A program made the translations under genes and the position numbers. This document shows, piece by piece, positions 13,201-25,889 of a stretch of DNA of 64,000 nt; the first letter of the stretch is position 1, and each line of letters starts with the position of its first letter. Origin of the DNA: Eledone cirrhosa (lineage: Eukaryota); NCBI GenBank assembly GCA_964016885.1, contig OZ024742.1, positions 59,086,001 through 59,150,000 of the forward strand, written 5' to 3'. The notes beneath the pieces were generated by a model. The model saw only the letters and a program-made list of their open reading frames with translations. It was not told the DNA's origin and did not search any database.

Positions 13201-13259
13201 CTTTATTATATATATTTCGAAGGTACTGTCTTGTTTTTTCGGTACGTCCTCGTCAGATA
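13201..13259 (-). ncRNA. Minimal type I hammerhead ribozyme (inverted copy)
   Basis: Reverse complement reads TAT-CTGACGA-GGACGTACCG..CAGTACCTTC-GAAA-TATATA-TA-ATA. Confidence 0.65.
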
Positions 13260-13326
13260 TTGGCACTGCTAATACTGGAATTGAAATATCAAGACCGTAG
13301 AGGTATGTCATATATCAAATCATATA

Positions 13327-13388
13327 TTTTATCTGACGAGAACGTACTGAAAAAACAACACAGTACCTTCGAAATATATATAATAAAG
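13327..13388 (+). ncRNA. Minimal type I hammerhead ribozyme
   Basis: Stem I TTTTAT/ATAAAG; core CTGACGA; stem II GAACGTACTG/CAGTACCTTC; GAAA; palindromic stem III TATATA; AUA cleavage triplet. Confidence 0.75.
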
Positions 13389-13439
13389 CATATATTTTGA
13401 TTATGTGAATATATTCATTTGTTAATATTTTGAGTAATA

Positions 13440-14010
13440 TACATAAGGAAAATAGATGAAATCGAAAATGCAACTGGAGTCTTTTTAAGAATATTTATTT
13501 GGTTCCTTTACCGGTTTCGCAGTTCTTGTACTTTTCAAAATTAGAATTGAGATGGAGGGTTTGTGGTTTTTCTCGCATCTGGTTGGTGTTTGATTGTTAC
13601 TTCTGTTTTATATGGAAAAAAGTGGCTCGAAATGCTAGGTTTTTAGAAAAGTAATTTGGTTGGTTGATGACTGTCATGTGAATAAGTATAATAAATTTCG
13701 CGCCAGTTCGCGTTACAAAGTTCTTATTATATTTGCCTTAAAAAAAAGGGGGGGGGGGCTCAGATTGTTTTTTCATATATGAGTGAAATTTGGTTGGTTG
13801 ATGCAGTCACAAAACTCTCTAAATGGCTACAATAAAAAAACCAAATACGGGCTCGAAATTTAATGTACTTGTTCACGTGACAGTCATAATTTCATTTATA
13901 ACCAATCAAATTAGATTTATAAAAAAAAATTTTTTGAGCCACTTTTTTAAGTAAAAAGAAACTCAAACACAAACTGGCGCGAAGGTTGATGTGCTTATTC
14001 ACGTGACTGT
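13440..14010 (-). mobile_element. Putative PLE 3' region with a variant hammerhead and an internal imperfect inverted repeat
   Basis: Reverse complement of 13507-13540: TT-TTGAAAA-GTA..TGC-GAAA-CCGG-TA-AAG. Imperfect inverted repeat ~13585-13705/13850-13975. Confidence 0.45.
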
Positions 14011-14014
14011 TAGC

Positions 14015-15360
14015 TCTGTTTCCCAGGACATCATGCTTTTACTTAATAGCTGTCTGATGTTGCCTGCCACATTGAACATCTCTAGGCTTTTGGTTATCTA
14101 AGAATGAGGAACCATGTCAAATGCCTTCTTGTAGTCTATCCATCCCATGGTAAGACCAGTATGCCTCCTCTTGCAATTCCTTATTACCATCTTATCAATA
14201 AGTAACTGGTCTTTTGTACCACGGGACTTCTTTCGGCATCCTTTCTGTTCGTCCGGCAATAAGTTGTTTATGTGGAGGTGATAGTAGATTTCCTCAGACA
14301 CAACGCTTGTTAGCAGTTTCCATATTACGCACAGGCATGTGATAGGCCTATAGTTGATAACCACATTACCCTTGATTCGGTCTTTCATTACCAGAACTGT
14401 GGTACCTTTTGTCAGCCACTTAGGTACTTCACCCGACACCAAGCAGTCATTGAACATTGGCTGTCAGTTTTGGGTAGAATGATGTTATATTTTTTATCCA
14501 ATATCCTTGCACACCATCTGGGCCTTGTGCTTTCCAGTTGGTTAGTGTTTTGGCCTGCTTTTTAAGAGTTTCAGCCGTGATACTAAAATCAGGTTGTTGG
14601 TGTACTTGTTCAATAACCCCCTTTTTATCTGTCCCAATCCACGCTGCCTGACTATTATGTTCAACATCCTGCTCCCATATTCCTCTCCAGAAAGCCTTAT
14701 TCTGTTCGGCTTCAGGAATCACGTCGTTACCTCTTTCTTTCCTTTCAAGCTGTTCAAATAACATCTTCTGGTTGTTGTGAAACATGCGGCTCTGTCTATA
14801 CTGACTAATTCCATTCTCATATCACTCAGTCTTTGCACTTTTTGCTAAAATGTGTTGCTTCAGTTCCTCTATGATAACTTTTAGCTCTTTTCCCTTGGTG
14901 TTGTATTTTATTTTCAATCGATCTTTAGTGTCTATGTTTTGTAATGTCTCATTCAGTAAAGACTCAATCTTTCCTATGTCTTTTCTCATTTCTTTGATTT
15001 GACCTTTTAGTCGTTTCTTCCACCAAGGCTCTGTTCTTTCTTGTTTGTTGTTTCCTTTCGTTTTTATACCAAGTAGTTTTTTCACCACATTTGCGATTGC
15101 TTGAAGATATTGTTGCATTGGTGAAGGTTCTTTGCCTGTTTACCTTAGCTGTCGTTTCTTTTTACTTTTTCCTGTCTACAAATCTTAGGTTCATAGGTAT
15201 TCCCCTATCATTGTTCATTTCATCTACCACTAAGTTCCGAATATCAACAAAATCTTGCCCTAGCCCGTCAGCATTCATTTTTAAAGGAGATTTGCCCACC
15301 ATCTTCAATGTCTTCACAAGTTCTTCATCGAGAGTCCCCGCATTTCTTAACTTGCATTGT
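14015..15360 (-). mobile_element. R4/Dong-type LINE internal fragment (N-terminal region to early RT), different family
   Basis: PWWKKRL..EELKQ; NWKAQGPDGVQGYWIK; NYRPITCL; [16 protein letters not shown]; [14 protein letters not shown]. Frameshifted. Confidence 0.85.
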
Positions 15361-15364
15361 TTCA

Positions 15365-15680
15365 TTATCAGACGTAAATTTCGCCTTGGTAAGCAGTTTT
15401 TTAGGTTGGGTGCTTGGCGTCTATTATATGTTATTTGTGAGTCTTTTATGATTGCATTCATTTTAGGGGACCGCTGTGGGAATCGGGAAATACTGTTTAG
15501 TAGCTTTCACAATGTGGAAGATCCTTGGATTGTGAGTGATGACAAAGGGATAACTGTTTTTTCCCTTTTATTATGTTGGTTTGTTTTTTCAGTGTTGTCA
15601 CTAGGATGTTCTGGGCCTTGGAAATGGCCGTATTGATGAGGTTCACCGGATATTCTTTTAAAGAACTCTTTTAGTTCATA
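15365..15680 (-). mobile_element. Penelope-like element fragment (RT thumb/linker)
   Basis: Frameshifted YPVNLINTAISKA..VIP..ITHNP..RRQAPNLKNCL, typical of the PLE thumb-linker; 5' end abuts (TA)n. Confidence 0.7.
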
Positions 15681-16585
15681 TAATCATATATATATATATA
15701 TATATATATTAATTTTGATACGACGAAGCTTCACTTTAAAATGCTTTTATTGAATATCGACCATTACGTACGTTTCCCAGATGATTGGCTTGAGGTCTAT
15801 ATTGATGTGAGAGATCTTATATATGTGTCCTTCCCTTCTATGTTTCAAACACCTGCTAAATAATGAGACAGTTAGTTATATTGTTTGAAAAAATGACAAG
15901 AAGGAGTAAATAGAAGATCAAATGAAAGAAGAAACACAGAGGAGCAAGAATAGTCATTAAGAATGTCACAGGATGTGTGAATAAAGAACTTTAACAATAA
16001 ACAACAAAAAACCCACACAGTTACTAAACTAACCGATGAATAGACTCAATTAATAATAAACTAAAGTGAAAATGTATTAGCAGAAAATTTATTTGACCCT
16101 TTCAAAATATAACGATATCTGTTTCAATACATGATTTCACATCAAGTGTCTTGCAAAACAAATACAAAAACTTAGTTATGTTACTAAATCATAAAACATT
16201 CTAGATTATTTTCAAAATTATTTGAAAATTATAGGCAGAATTGTTCATTAGAAATTGGTAAAGAAAGGGTTAAAACGGCAGGAAGTCCAATCCAGTGTTA
16301 GAATATGTATTTGTACAGTTCCGTGTATGGTATGGTTGGCAGAAAGAAACCAAGGCTGTGGAGCGTCGGATTTATGGACCGTGAAAAGTAGGTTAGATCA
16401 TGTTTGTGTTTGGTTGAGTTCAAAAGATTAATGAAGGAAACGACAGAAAAAGAATAAGGGTAAATATATATATATATACCCTTATTCTTTTTCTGTCGTA
16501 TATATATGTATACACACACACACACACACACACATATATAAAGATTAGTAAGAAAGAAATGGTGAAGGCGGAAAAGGAAGTGACG

Positions 16586-16626
<41 letters not shown>

Positions 16627-16789
16627 CATATCTTACTATATTAACAGTTTTAACTGTCGCACATTTTATGACCAAAGGTTTCTGTTGATGAATAAACACA
16701 TCTAATAACTTCTTACTGCTTTAGAAACTTGAAATGAACTGAGGCATGTAGAATAGCGTATTCAACACACATACACACTTATACACACA

Positions 16790-17850
16790 CGCAGAAACAC
16801 AGACGCACACATACACACACAGAAACACATACACAGAAACACAGATCTACACATTCACACACACAAAAACACAGACGCACACAGAAACACAGATCTACAC
16901 ATTCACACATACAAAAACAGATCTACACATTCACACACACAGAAACACAGATCTACACATTCACACATACAGAAACACAGATCTACACATTCACACATAC
17001 AGAAACACAGATCTACACATTCACACACACAGAAACACAGATCTACACATTCACACACACAGAAACACAGATCTACACATTCACACATACAGAAACAGAT
17101 CTACACATTCACACATACAGAAACACAGATCTACACATTCACACATACAGAAACACAGATCTACACATTCACACATACAGAAACAGATCTACACATTCAC
17201 ACACACAGAAACACAGATCTACACATTCACACACACAGAAACACAGATCTACACATTCACACATACAGAAACACAGATCTACATATTCACACACACAGAA
17301 ACACAGATCTACACATTCACACATACAGAAACAGATCTACACATTCACACACACAGAAACACAGATCTACACATTCACACATACAGAAACACAGATCTAC
17401 ACATTCACACACACAGAAACACAGATCTACACATTCACACACACAGAAACACAGACGTACACATACACACACACAGAGAAACACAGACGTACACATACAC
17501 GCACACAGAAACACAAACGGACACATACACACACAGAAACACAGACGTACACATACACGCACACAGAAACACAGACGTACACATACACGCACACAGAAAC
17601 ACAGACGTACACATACACACACACAGAAACACAGACCTACACATACACGCACACAGAAACACAGATCTACACATTCACACATACAGAAACACAGACGGAC
17701 ACATACACACATATACACACACACAAAAACACAGACGTACACATACACGCACACAGAAACACAGATCTACACATTCACACATACAGAAACACAGACGGAC
17801 ACATATTCACACATATACACACACACAGAAACACAGACGTACACATACAC
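16790..17850. repeat. 30-bp (CA)-derived minisatellite
   Basis: Unit ACACACACAGAAACACAGATCTACACATTC, changing to a GACGTACACATAC variant after ~17450. Confidence 0.95.
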
Positions 17851-18129
17851 ATATACACACATACACACACACATACACACATACACACACACGCAGCGAG
17901 AGACACACCAACAGACTGAAATGGCTAACATTAACTTGAACTAATGAACATGTCAAGTCACATGTCAAGTCACATGTCAGTCTTTCTTTCTGTCTGTGTG
18001 TCTGTGCTGTTTTCCTTCTCATTCTGTCTCTCTCTATCTCTCTCTATCTCGCACTTTCCTTCTTAAAATTCATGATATACATACATGCTCTTGATATGAA
18101 TTTTTTGTGACAAGTGTAATGCATATCTA

Positions 18130-19188
18130 TGTTTCTATCACCGACCCCCAACCGGTGTGGGCACCGTTTGTGAGACAGGCCTTCCCACAACTTGTCTCGC
18201 TGACGGAGCTGCAGTCCTGGGTCAAGCGAAGACCGAAGAAGATGGGTGCCTGGCACCTTGAATGCGCCCAGGCGCTCAGAGTCGTCTGTCAAGCGGGCAC
18301 AGCAATCAGTGGAGACTCCACTTCGACATTCTATAGAGGGTTAGTACTTTACAAGTATGACGACGTGCTCGGGGAGACTCTGGGCGTCGAAGACGATGAG
18401 CTCACCAGTCTGTTCGTAGGACTTTCCACCCGGGACCTATGGACAACTTCCAGAGGTCCATGGCATGGCAGTGCTACCGAGGAGCTCTACCCGTTCGAGA
18501 TAAGATCTACAGGCACGGACGGGATCCTTCCAAGAGGACAAGTCCAAGATGCGAGCAGGACATTGAAACCGTCTTTAACGCAATTGTACACTTCCCGGGC
18601 GTCGGCGACCTGTGGAACTATGCAGAACAACTGCTGTCGCGTATGGAACAAATCCAGTTGTCTGCCGAGTCCATAGTAAGGATCAAACCGCCAGCCGCTT
18701 TCAAAAACGAAAGAGAGGCGGTTTTCCTCTGTACAGTGGCTATGGTGAAAGAGGTTATATGGTGGACGAGATTGAGAGGACTGAGGACAGATGCCTTTCT
18801 CCCCGGACAACAATTGATTCCCTTCTTTAAGTATTCCTTTAGAAGGAAATCAAAGTGGAGAGAGAGGTACCGCACCCCCAGTAAATTTACTGAAAGGTGG
18901 GTGAGTGTGGCAAAAATGGCCCGAGTGATTGGGCCTTCTCTGTACATAAACCTGAAGGTTGAAGAAGAGAGCAATAGGAAGAAAGGAGCACTTTCACAAC
19001 ACGCTCCTGAAGTTGAGGGTTGTTCTATCGACGGGGTATTAAACAACCCATTTGTGGCGCCTCCCCACTATTGGGGATTTCGATTGTTATAATTGTTTGT
19101 TTCATATTTTTATACGACTATGTAAAATCCCCGGCATGTCTTTGTATTGTCCCCTTTTCTTGTGCGTCCTTGTGGCAAATAAAGAAAT
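18130..19188 (+). mobile_element. 5'-truncated L1/Tx1-type LINE, frameshifted
   Basis: VWAPFVRQAFPQLVSLTELQSWVK..MDNFQRSMAWQCYRGALPVRDK matches ORF2 of 40029-43448. 3' end CCTTGTGGCAAATAAAGAAA followed by (ATCT)n. Confidence 0.9.
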
Positions 19189-19382
19189 ATATCTATCCAT
19201 CTATCTATTTATCTATCCATCTATCTATCTACCTCTCAGTCTATATCGAAACGCATATGTTTCTATTCTACCTATTTATCAACACACACACACACACAAA
19301 CACACACACACGCACACACGCGCGCGCACGCACACACGCGCACGCACACACGCGCACACACACACTCACACACACATACACA

Positions 19383-19423
<41 letters not shown>

Positions 19424-19799
19424 CCCACACACATACGTATGTGTCAGTTTATACTACTCTTACATTACAAAAGATCCTCACTGGAGATAGGGCAGCACCT
19501 TATTCCAATAAATAAGGAACCAGTTAAACAAATTATACCTTAGGGAATCTCATTACTTTTAAATATTTCCGGTGATGTTTTTTTGGCACCCTTCTACACC
19601 CTCAAACCTAGGTTTGGGGTTAGGGTGAAGGAAGAACATATATAACATTGTTTAGGGAATTTCGAAACTTATTGGAACTTGTTGCCAAAAAAATGGGATC
19701 AGAATTTCCACTGGAAACAAAGACACAACAAACAGAGACATAATATTTTTTTATATCCCGCCACCCTTCCTAGACTGAATCTCTATAATAATCATGATT

Positions 19800-20010
19800 T
19801 CTAATTTTGGCACAAGGCCAGCAAATTGTAGTGAGGAAAAAGTTGATTATATAGATCCCAGTACTTAATTGGTATTATATTTTATTGACTCCAGAAGGAT
19901 GAAAGGCAAAGTTGGCCTAAGCTGATTTGAACTCAGAACTTAGATGGTCGTTACAAAATACCGCAATTCATTTTAGCTGATGCACTAATGATTTTGCAAA
20001 TCCCTCGCCC
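19800..20010 (-). mobile_element. tRNA-derived SINE (main family), older copy
   Basis: TTGGCACAAGGCCAGC..GGATGAAAGGCAAAGTT..GATTTGAACTCAG. Confidence 0.75.
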
Positions 20011-20777
20011 ATTTAATAATAATTCTTTCGTAAAATTGGCTCAGTGTCCGCAATTTGGGAGAAGGACAAAGTCGATAACATTGGCCCCAGTAGGTAACAA
20101 ATACTTTATTTTATTGACACAGGAATTGATTGTGATGGTGGTGGTGATAGGGATGGGGATGATGATAGCTATGTGATAGTAGTGGAAATGATAATGATGA
20201 TGCAGACCTAACCTCTAAAAACACAAACGGGGAGTACCGTGAAAAAAAGTACCTCAAAACGAGGAGAATTTACATAAAGAAAGTTATATCCATTTTCACA
20301 AGAGAAGACATTTCTCACCCATCCCCAAAGCGGGTGGGAGATCTCCCCGTCCAACGGGGAGAATTAACAGGTCTGCATGATGAGATGAGTATGTGATGAT
20401 GGTGATGATGGTAGCATTAGCGGTGGAGGTGATGGTGGTGATGAGGGTAGTGGTGGTGGTGGTGGTGTTTGATAATATTGATTATGGCTATGTGATGTGA
20501 CAGTGATGATGGTGATGATGGTGGTTGGAGTTGGTGATGATAGTGATAATGATAGTGACAATGATGATGATAGTGGTGTGAGTAATGATGAACAGCATGC
20601 TAACTACAATGTTGATAATAGATGTGATCTTCCAACCCCTAGTACCCTTTTCTCGGGTGTCACACTGTTTCGTATTGTTTATTTTCTGCCAAAATATCGT
20701 AAATAACTGACTGACACACAGTGTTAGTTGGAGGGACTTGGACACAGAGGACGGCATGGAGATGACACAAGAACAAC

Positions 20778-20847
<70 letters not shown>

Positions 20848-21369
20848 AGCAGTAGAAAAAGAAAACAAATGCGATGTGTTTCTGTATAAGAAACATACCT
20901 AAGCCTCGCTGTGGGTGTTTTAAGGTGTGATGACATATATACATCGTTGATATTGGTGTCTTGTCCAACTATGCCTTATATTTGTATCTGATACCACTAT
21001 TTCTCTCTCTATCTATCTATCTATCTATCTATGTATCCCTGTCTCCCTCTCACTCAACATATATGTGATTAACTGATAGCCCCCTCCTCACCCACAAAAA
21101 GAAAGAAAAGAACCGATAGTTAAAACAAACCAAGGAAACAATGTTTCTGTTAGTCTTTCAATTACTTAGACTATTTGCCCACCACAATTCTTGGTCGAAG
21201 ATGTAATATGAAAATAAGTATTTTGCTCAAGAATATAAAACGCACCACCCGATCCAGGAAAGAAAACGATGATGTTATTTATGGTTGTGAGTTCAACACT
21301 TTAACCACAAGACCATGTCATGTTCCTTCAATAAAAGAGAAAAATATTAAGTTTACAGCATAAATATAA

Positions 21370-21690
21370 TTGTTTCTACTTTTGGCACAAGGCCAGCAAT
21401 TATCCTAGCACATTACTGGTACTTTATTTTATCGACCCCGTAAGGATTAAAGGCAAAGTCAACCTCGGCGGGATTTGAACCCAGACCGAAAAGGGACGTA
21501 ACTCTATACTGAAAAGCATGGCGTCCGACCCTCTACCAATACTGCCAATCCACTGCCCATAAATATAATTGTTTCTACTTTTGGCATAAGGCCACCCATT
21601 ACCCAGTACATTACTGGTACTTTATTTTATCGACCCCGTAAGGATAAAAGGCAAAGTTAACCTCGGCGGGATTTGAGGTTAACTTTGCCT
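21370..21690 (-). mobile_element. Tandem pair of main-family SINEs (second copy 5'-truncated with a short inversion)
   Basis: Reverse complement has A-box TGGCAGTATTGG and B-box GTTCAAATCC. CATAAATATAAT is repeated at 21359 and 21558. Confidence 0.9.
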
Positions 21691-22017
21691 ACACAACTGA
21701 ACAAAAAAAGTTGAAAATAAAACCAAGCTATGCTATGGTCCCCTAACCTCAGATGGAGTCGTAGGGGCGTCGCAGTGGCATACAACGTTTCCTGGGTATT
21801 TCAAGCCTGGCGGAACACATGCCTCTCCGGATCTGAACACAGTAGATTTCTTCCAGAGAAGGATAGAAAGTGAGAGAAAAGTGAGAAAGAGATATAGAGA
21901 AAAAATCGACCTCAGTACTTGACTGGAACTTTTTATCGACCTCGAAAGGATGAAAGGCAAAGTTGACCTCTGCTATATAGCGGAATACATATACAATATA
22001 TTCTATACCTTTATATT

Positions 22018-22554
22018 TGTAGTGACCTACATTCCGCGGCTCACATACATTCTCTGTGCGTGATTTGGCTCAGCTCAGCCAATCAGCGCCAGTAGAAGAG
22101 GATGTATCCCTACGCGTTCTGAGGGAGAAATAGCCCGCAAAGATTTGAGGACCCCACCACTTCCAGGCTAGATGACTCGCAGCTGGACCATGCTAAAGTA
22201 AACACCGCTTGTTCTTTTGCTCCGCCAGCGCAAACAATATGTAACGACAAAACATTTCTACGGAGCTGGCTAAACGCCTTCAGCCAGTCGACCGTATTTT
22301 CTCTTGTAATCTTAATTGAATTATTTCATTTCTCTCGGCATGCCAACTTAACTCACTTCTCAACCTCTGTTAATAAATAATGTAAAAGCAAGCTAAAAGT
22401 CGTTGTCGGTATACGCTATCATATCTTTCTACCAAACCTGGTTCCTCGTGGCAACATTACAACAACTTCTGAAATATACTTCTCCGCTAAATCTGGTGAC
22501 AACACATCTTTCACCAAATTGGTGACAATATACCTCAACCAAATTGGTGACTTA
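22018..22554 (+). mobile_element. Solo-LTR-like element, copy 2
   Basis: Homologous to 562-1039; candidate TSD TATT (22014-22017/22555-22558); three TGGTGAC repeats at the 3' end. Confidence 0.6.
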
Positions 22555-22817
22555 TATTCTACAAAGAGAAACATTTCTTTCCTTTATATTCATCATCACC
22601 GTTTTACTAGCATGGGTTATATTATGTATTTAATTCAATATGTAGCTTGATTAAATTATCGAGTGTCTTTTCTATTTTGCTGTACACATATATATCATAT
22701 TTATTGGTTAAAGTGGAGGGTCTTGGTTTCTATCCCTTTGCTTGGAAGCCTATTGGATGGACTGAACCTGTAATTCTAATACTCTCTCTCTCTCGATCTC
22801 TTTATAAATGTAATTCT

Positions 22818-22882
<65 letters not shown>

Positions 22883-23424
22883 CGTAGTGCGCGTGCGTGT
22901 TGTGCAATGGAAATTTTCTATTTAAGATAGAAATTCTTCCCTTGTAGTAGCTGCTTCTTGTTTCATGTTTGTTTTTACCGGTGTTGAAAGTTTGTTTTGA
23001 AGTTTTCGTAATGATAGATTTAAATGCTGCTTTGGTGAAATTTTCTTTGCTCACAGATTGAAAGTAATACACGAAAAGCATTATTGCATGTGGGGTAAGG
23101 GTAGAGATTTCAATGTCTTTCTGTTTGTAAAGGAGACACCTTATTTTACTTTCAAAAGAATCCCTCTTTGCTAATGTTGTTCGTCTGAGATGTCAATATG
23201 TCTTGACAGAAGAAGGCGGGCAAAAGATCAGTCGTTAAGATAACAGAGATAAAAACCGTCTTCTATAATGGCTTAGTTTTAGAGTTAGGATCGTCACTTT
23301 TACGTCCGTTTTCCATGCATTGCATGCATTGGATGAGACCTATAATTTCTGGGCTTTAAGCGACTGAGAGTACAGTCCGTTGCAGCGTTAATCCATCCTC
23401 GCTTCCACAGGCACCGGCAGTCAC

Positions 23425-23540
23425 TTTCAGCTAAGTGAACTGGATCAACGTGTAAGGAAGTGCCTTGATCAAGGTCTCAACGCATCCCCCATTCTGGGAA
23501 TCGTGATCCCAACACTTAATCACTATACAACGTGCCTTCA
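23425..23540 (-). mobile_element. CORE-type SINE remnant
   Basis: Reverse complement has CCTTGATCAAGGCACTT..ACACGTTGATCCAGTTCACTTAGCTG. Confidence 0.55.
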
Positions 23541-24679
23541 ACTTCGTATTCACAGACATCAAATAATAAATGTTTAGTATCTTCCTCATCTTCTACAGTC
23601 ACTTAAGGTATCTTGCTTTATTACATGCTTTTCGTGGATTCTGATGAGAAGGCTTTGATACTGTGTCACAGTCAACATTCACTCACTCACAGTTTTAAGT
23701 CCTACCTTTCTCAGCGCATCATGCAATTTATTTGGTCTAATTCCACTCTGTTCTTCGTTTTCGAGAATTGGGCATATCTGGTCTTCTCATGCCACCAATT
23801 TAGTACGCCAGTCCATAGGCAATTGCTAGCTTTTCATAGCTTCTGTTGTAATTTATCCTTTTCCCTCACCCATATTTCGTTGCTATTTGCATTAGAAGTG
23901 GTACTATCATAGCGTGGTTCATCATAAGGGTGTATATGCTATGTTTATGTATAATAATCATAGGTGAGTCTCGCTATGAACTCTTTTAAAAACTGTGATC
24001 ATGACCACAGCTATATCAGTAGCGAGGATTCTTGTCCGTCATCTGTAACATTTACTCGCTCACTCCTGAGATAAAATAGGCTAAAACCTATATGGGTTTT
24101 GAGTATGAAACATTGGCTAGATATGCTCATTTGCATATACTGCGAACTTGACTGGTTAAAGAGAAGTAGGTAATTAGAAGTGGCACTAATATAGCTTGTA
24201 AGGGTACATATGAAAGCATATATATGTTTATATATAATAAACGCAGTCATTATATTTCAGAATCGTTCGAGTTGGTTAGAATATTCTACAGTATTTTTAC
24301 TATCTCCCTACAATCTTAGTTCAAATCTTACCGACGTAAATTTTCTCGTACATCATTTCGGAATTGATCAATTAAAGTAATTAGTTAAATAATGGTGTCA
24401 GTTTAATTAATAACCAATCCTTTCAAATTTCTGATTTTTAGAAACGAATATTGTTGTTTTCGTGTTTAGTCTTGCGTATTGAGCCTGCTAATTGAGAATG
24501 CGATAATTATAACCTGTTATTGGAAAGGTTAGAGCATTGATTTCGGAAGTAAATCATTCTATTTACAGTTATCCGTCACGATTTGTCACTTAGTTCTGTT
24601 TGAATTATTAATCCAACACCTCTATAATATTCCTTTAAAACCATCTTTCTCAGTTGTGTATGTTGTATTCTGTCGAGTT

Positions 24680-24730
24680 CAGGAGTTTCAAACACACGGC
24701 CCGGGGATGCATACACCCAGCAAACTACTT
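24680..24730 (+). mobile_element. hAT/Charlie-like terminal sequence
   Basis: CAGGAGTTTCAAACACACGGCCCG resembles hAT-Charlie termini; the partner end was not found. Confidence 0.4.
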
Positions 24731-25369
24731 TTCAGTGTTCCACAGCAGAACAATTTTCATAACTAATTAAGGAAAATTTGAAATAGAAAATTTGTCCCCC
24801 TAAATTTTGTACTAATTCACATATTCCACTTACTATTATATGCGTATTTATTTTGTTAAAATAAATAGCAGCCTATCAGCTGTATTGTAGATTAGAATTA
24901 TAATTGGTGGAAACAACACTCCCTCCTCTCATTTCACTTTTAACCTGCTGTGCTTCTCCTCGAGGACGTAATGGACCTTTTCAGTCGTTGTGCCTGAGAT
25001 CCCTGGTCAAGTTCATTGATTTCTAAGTGTTTCTATGACTGTAAGTTGTCTGATTCTAGTATATATTTCTTTGTATCATTATATCGGTGTTTCTTAATTA
25101 TTTTGCCTATCTAAAATGTAGCCTTGGTATTTTTTGGTGATATGAACTTCATACAAATCCCTCCAGTAAAACTCAGTACTTTCTGTAATTGTGTTCCAAT
25201 GTGTTTATCACCAGCAGGATACAGCTTAAGGTTGTACATACAGAGTATTCTTCAATAGCATTTGTATCCGAGGGTATATTTTAACATACTAGCTAAAGTA
25301 TTAGTACTGTACAGAAAAGGAACGGATATATATATATATATATAGGGGGGGGGGGATAGATAGATAGAT

Positions 25370-25409
<40 letters not shown>

Positions 25410-25889
25410 TCCGCTTGAAACATTTCTGTTCTAACAGAGATGTGGTTTTAGTTTTTATAGTTTTACTATTATCATGACTATTATTATCATTGTTGTTGTT
25501 ACTGTTGTTAATGTTGTTGAATTTTAAAGCTCAGTGTGTTTACACCATACGGAAACACAATTACTTTGATTTTACATTGTAAATGTTCAGTTCCATTTCA
25601 TAAGATGAATTTCAAAACATATTTCTTTGTTGTTATTGTTCTTCTAACTCAACAACCATTACAGTTAATCTGTCCACCATATATTCTAGTTTTCCTTTCA
25701 CGTTGCTTTTCCCTTTCTCCTTGAATATGTCAGGTTGTATTTTTTTTTAGTGTAGAATTATATTTTTAATTTGACGAGCTCCAGTTTCTCCATGTGTTAC
25801 TTTCGTCGCTGTCTTCACTCATCTGAAGCGAAACACTTCATGACACATTATATTTGCTTTATTCACTCGCCATATTGTCTTCCTCATAT

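Noticed and set aside
15760-15785. GAAAC-GTAC-GTA hammerhead half (minus strand), and a similar half at 52227-52242 (+)
   Set aside because: No CUGANGA or stem I partner; at most truncated PLE ends.
16790-17850. 30-bp repeats as a CRISPR array
   Set aside because: Head-to-tail units with no unique spacers, no cas genes, eukaryotic context.
21480-21558. tRNA genes at A/B-box sequences
   Set aside because: These are SINE heads: over-long box spacing, no cloverleaf, and always attached to the SINE body.
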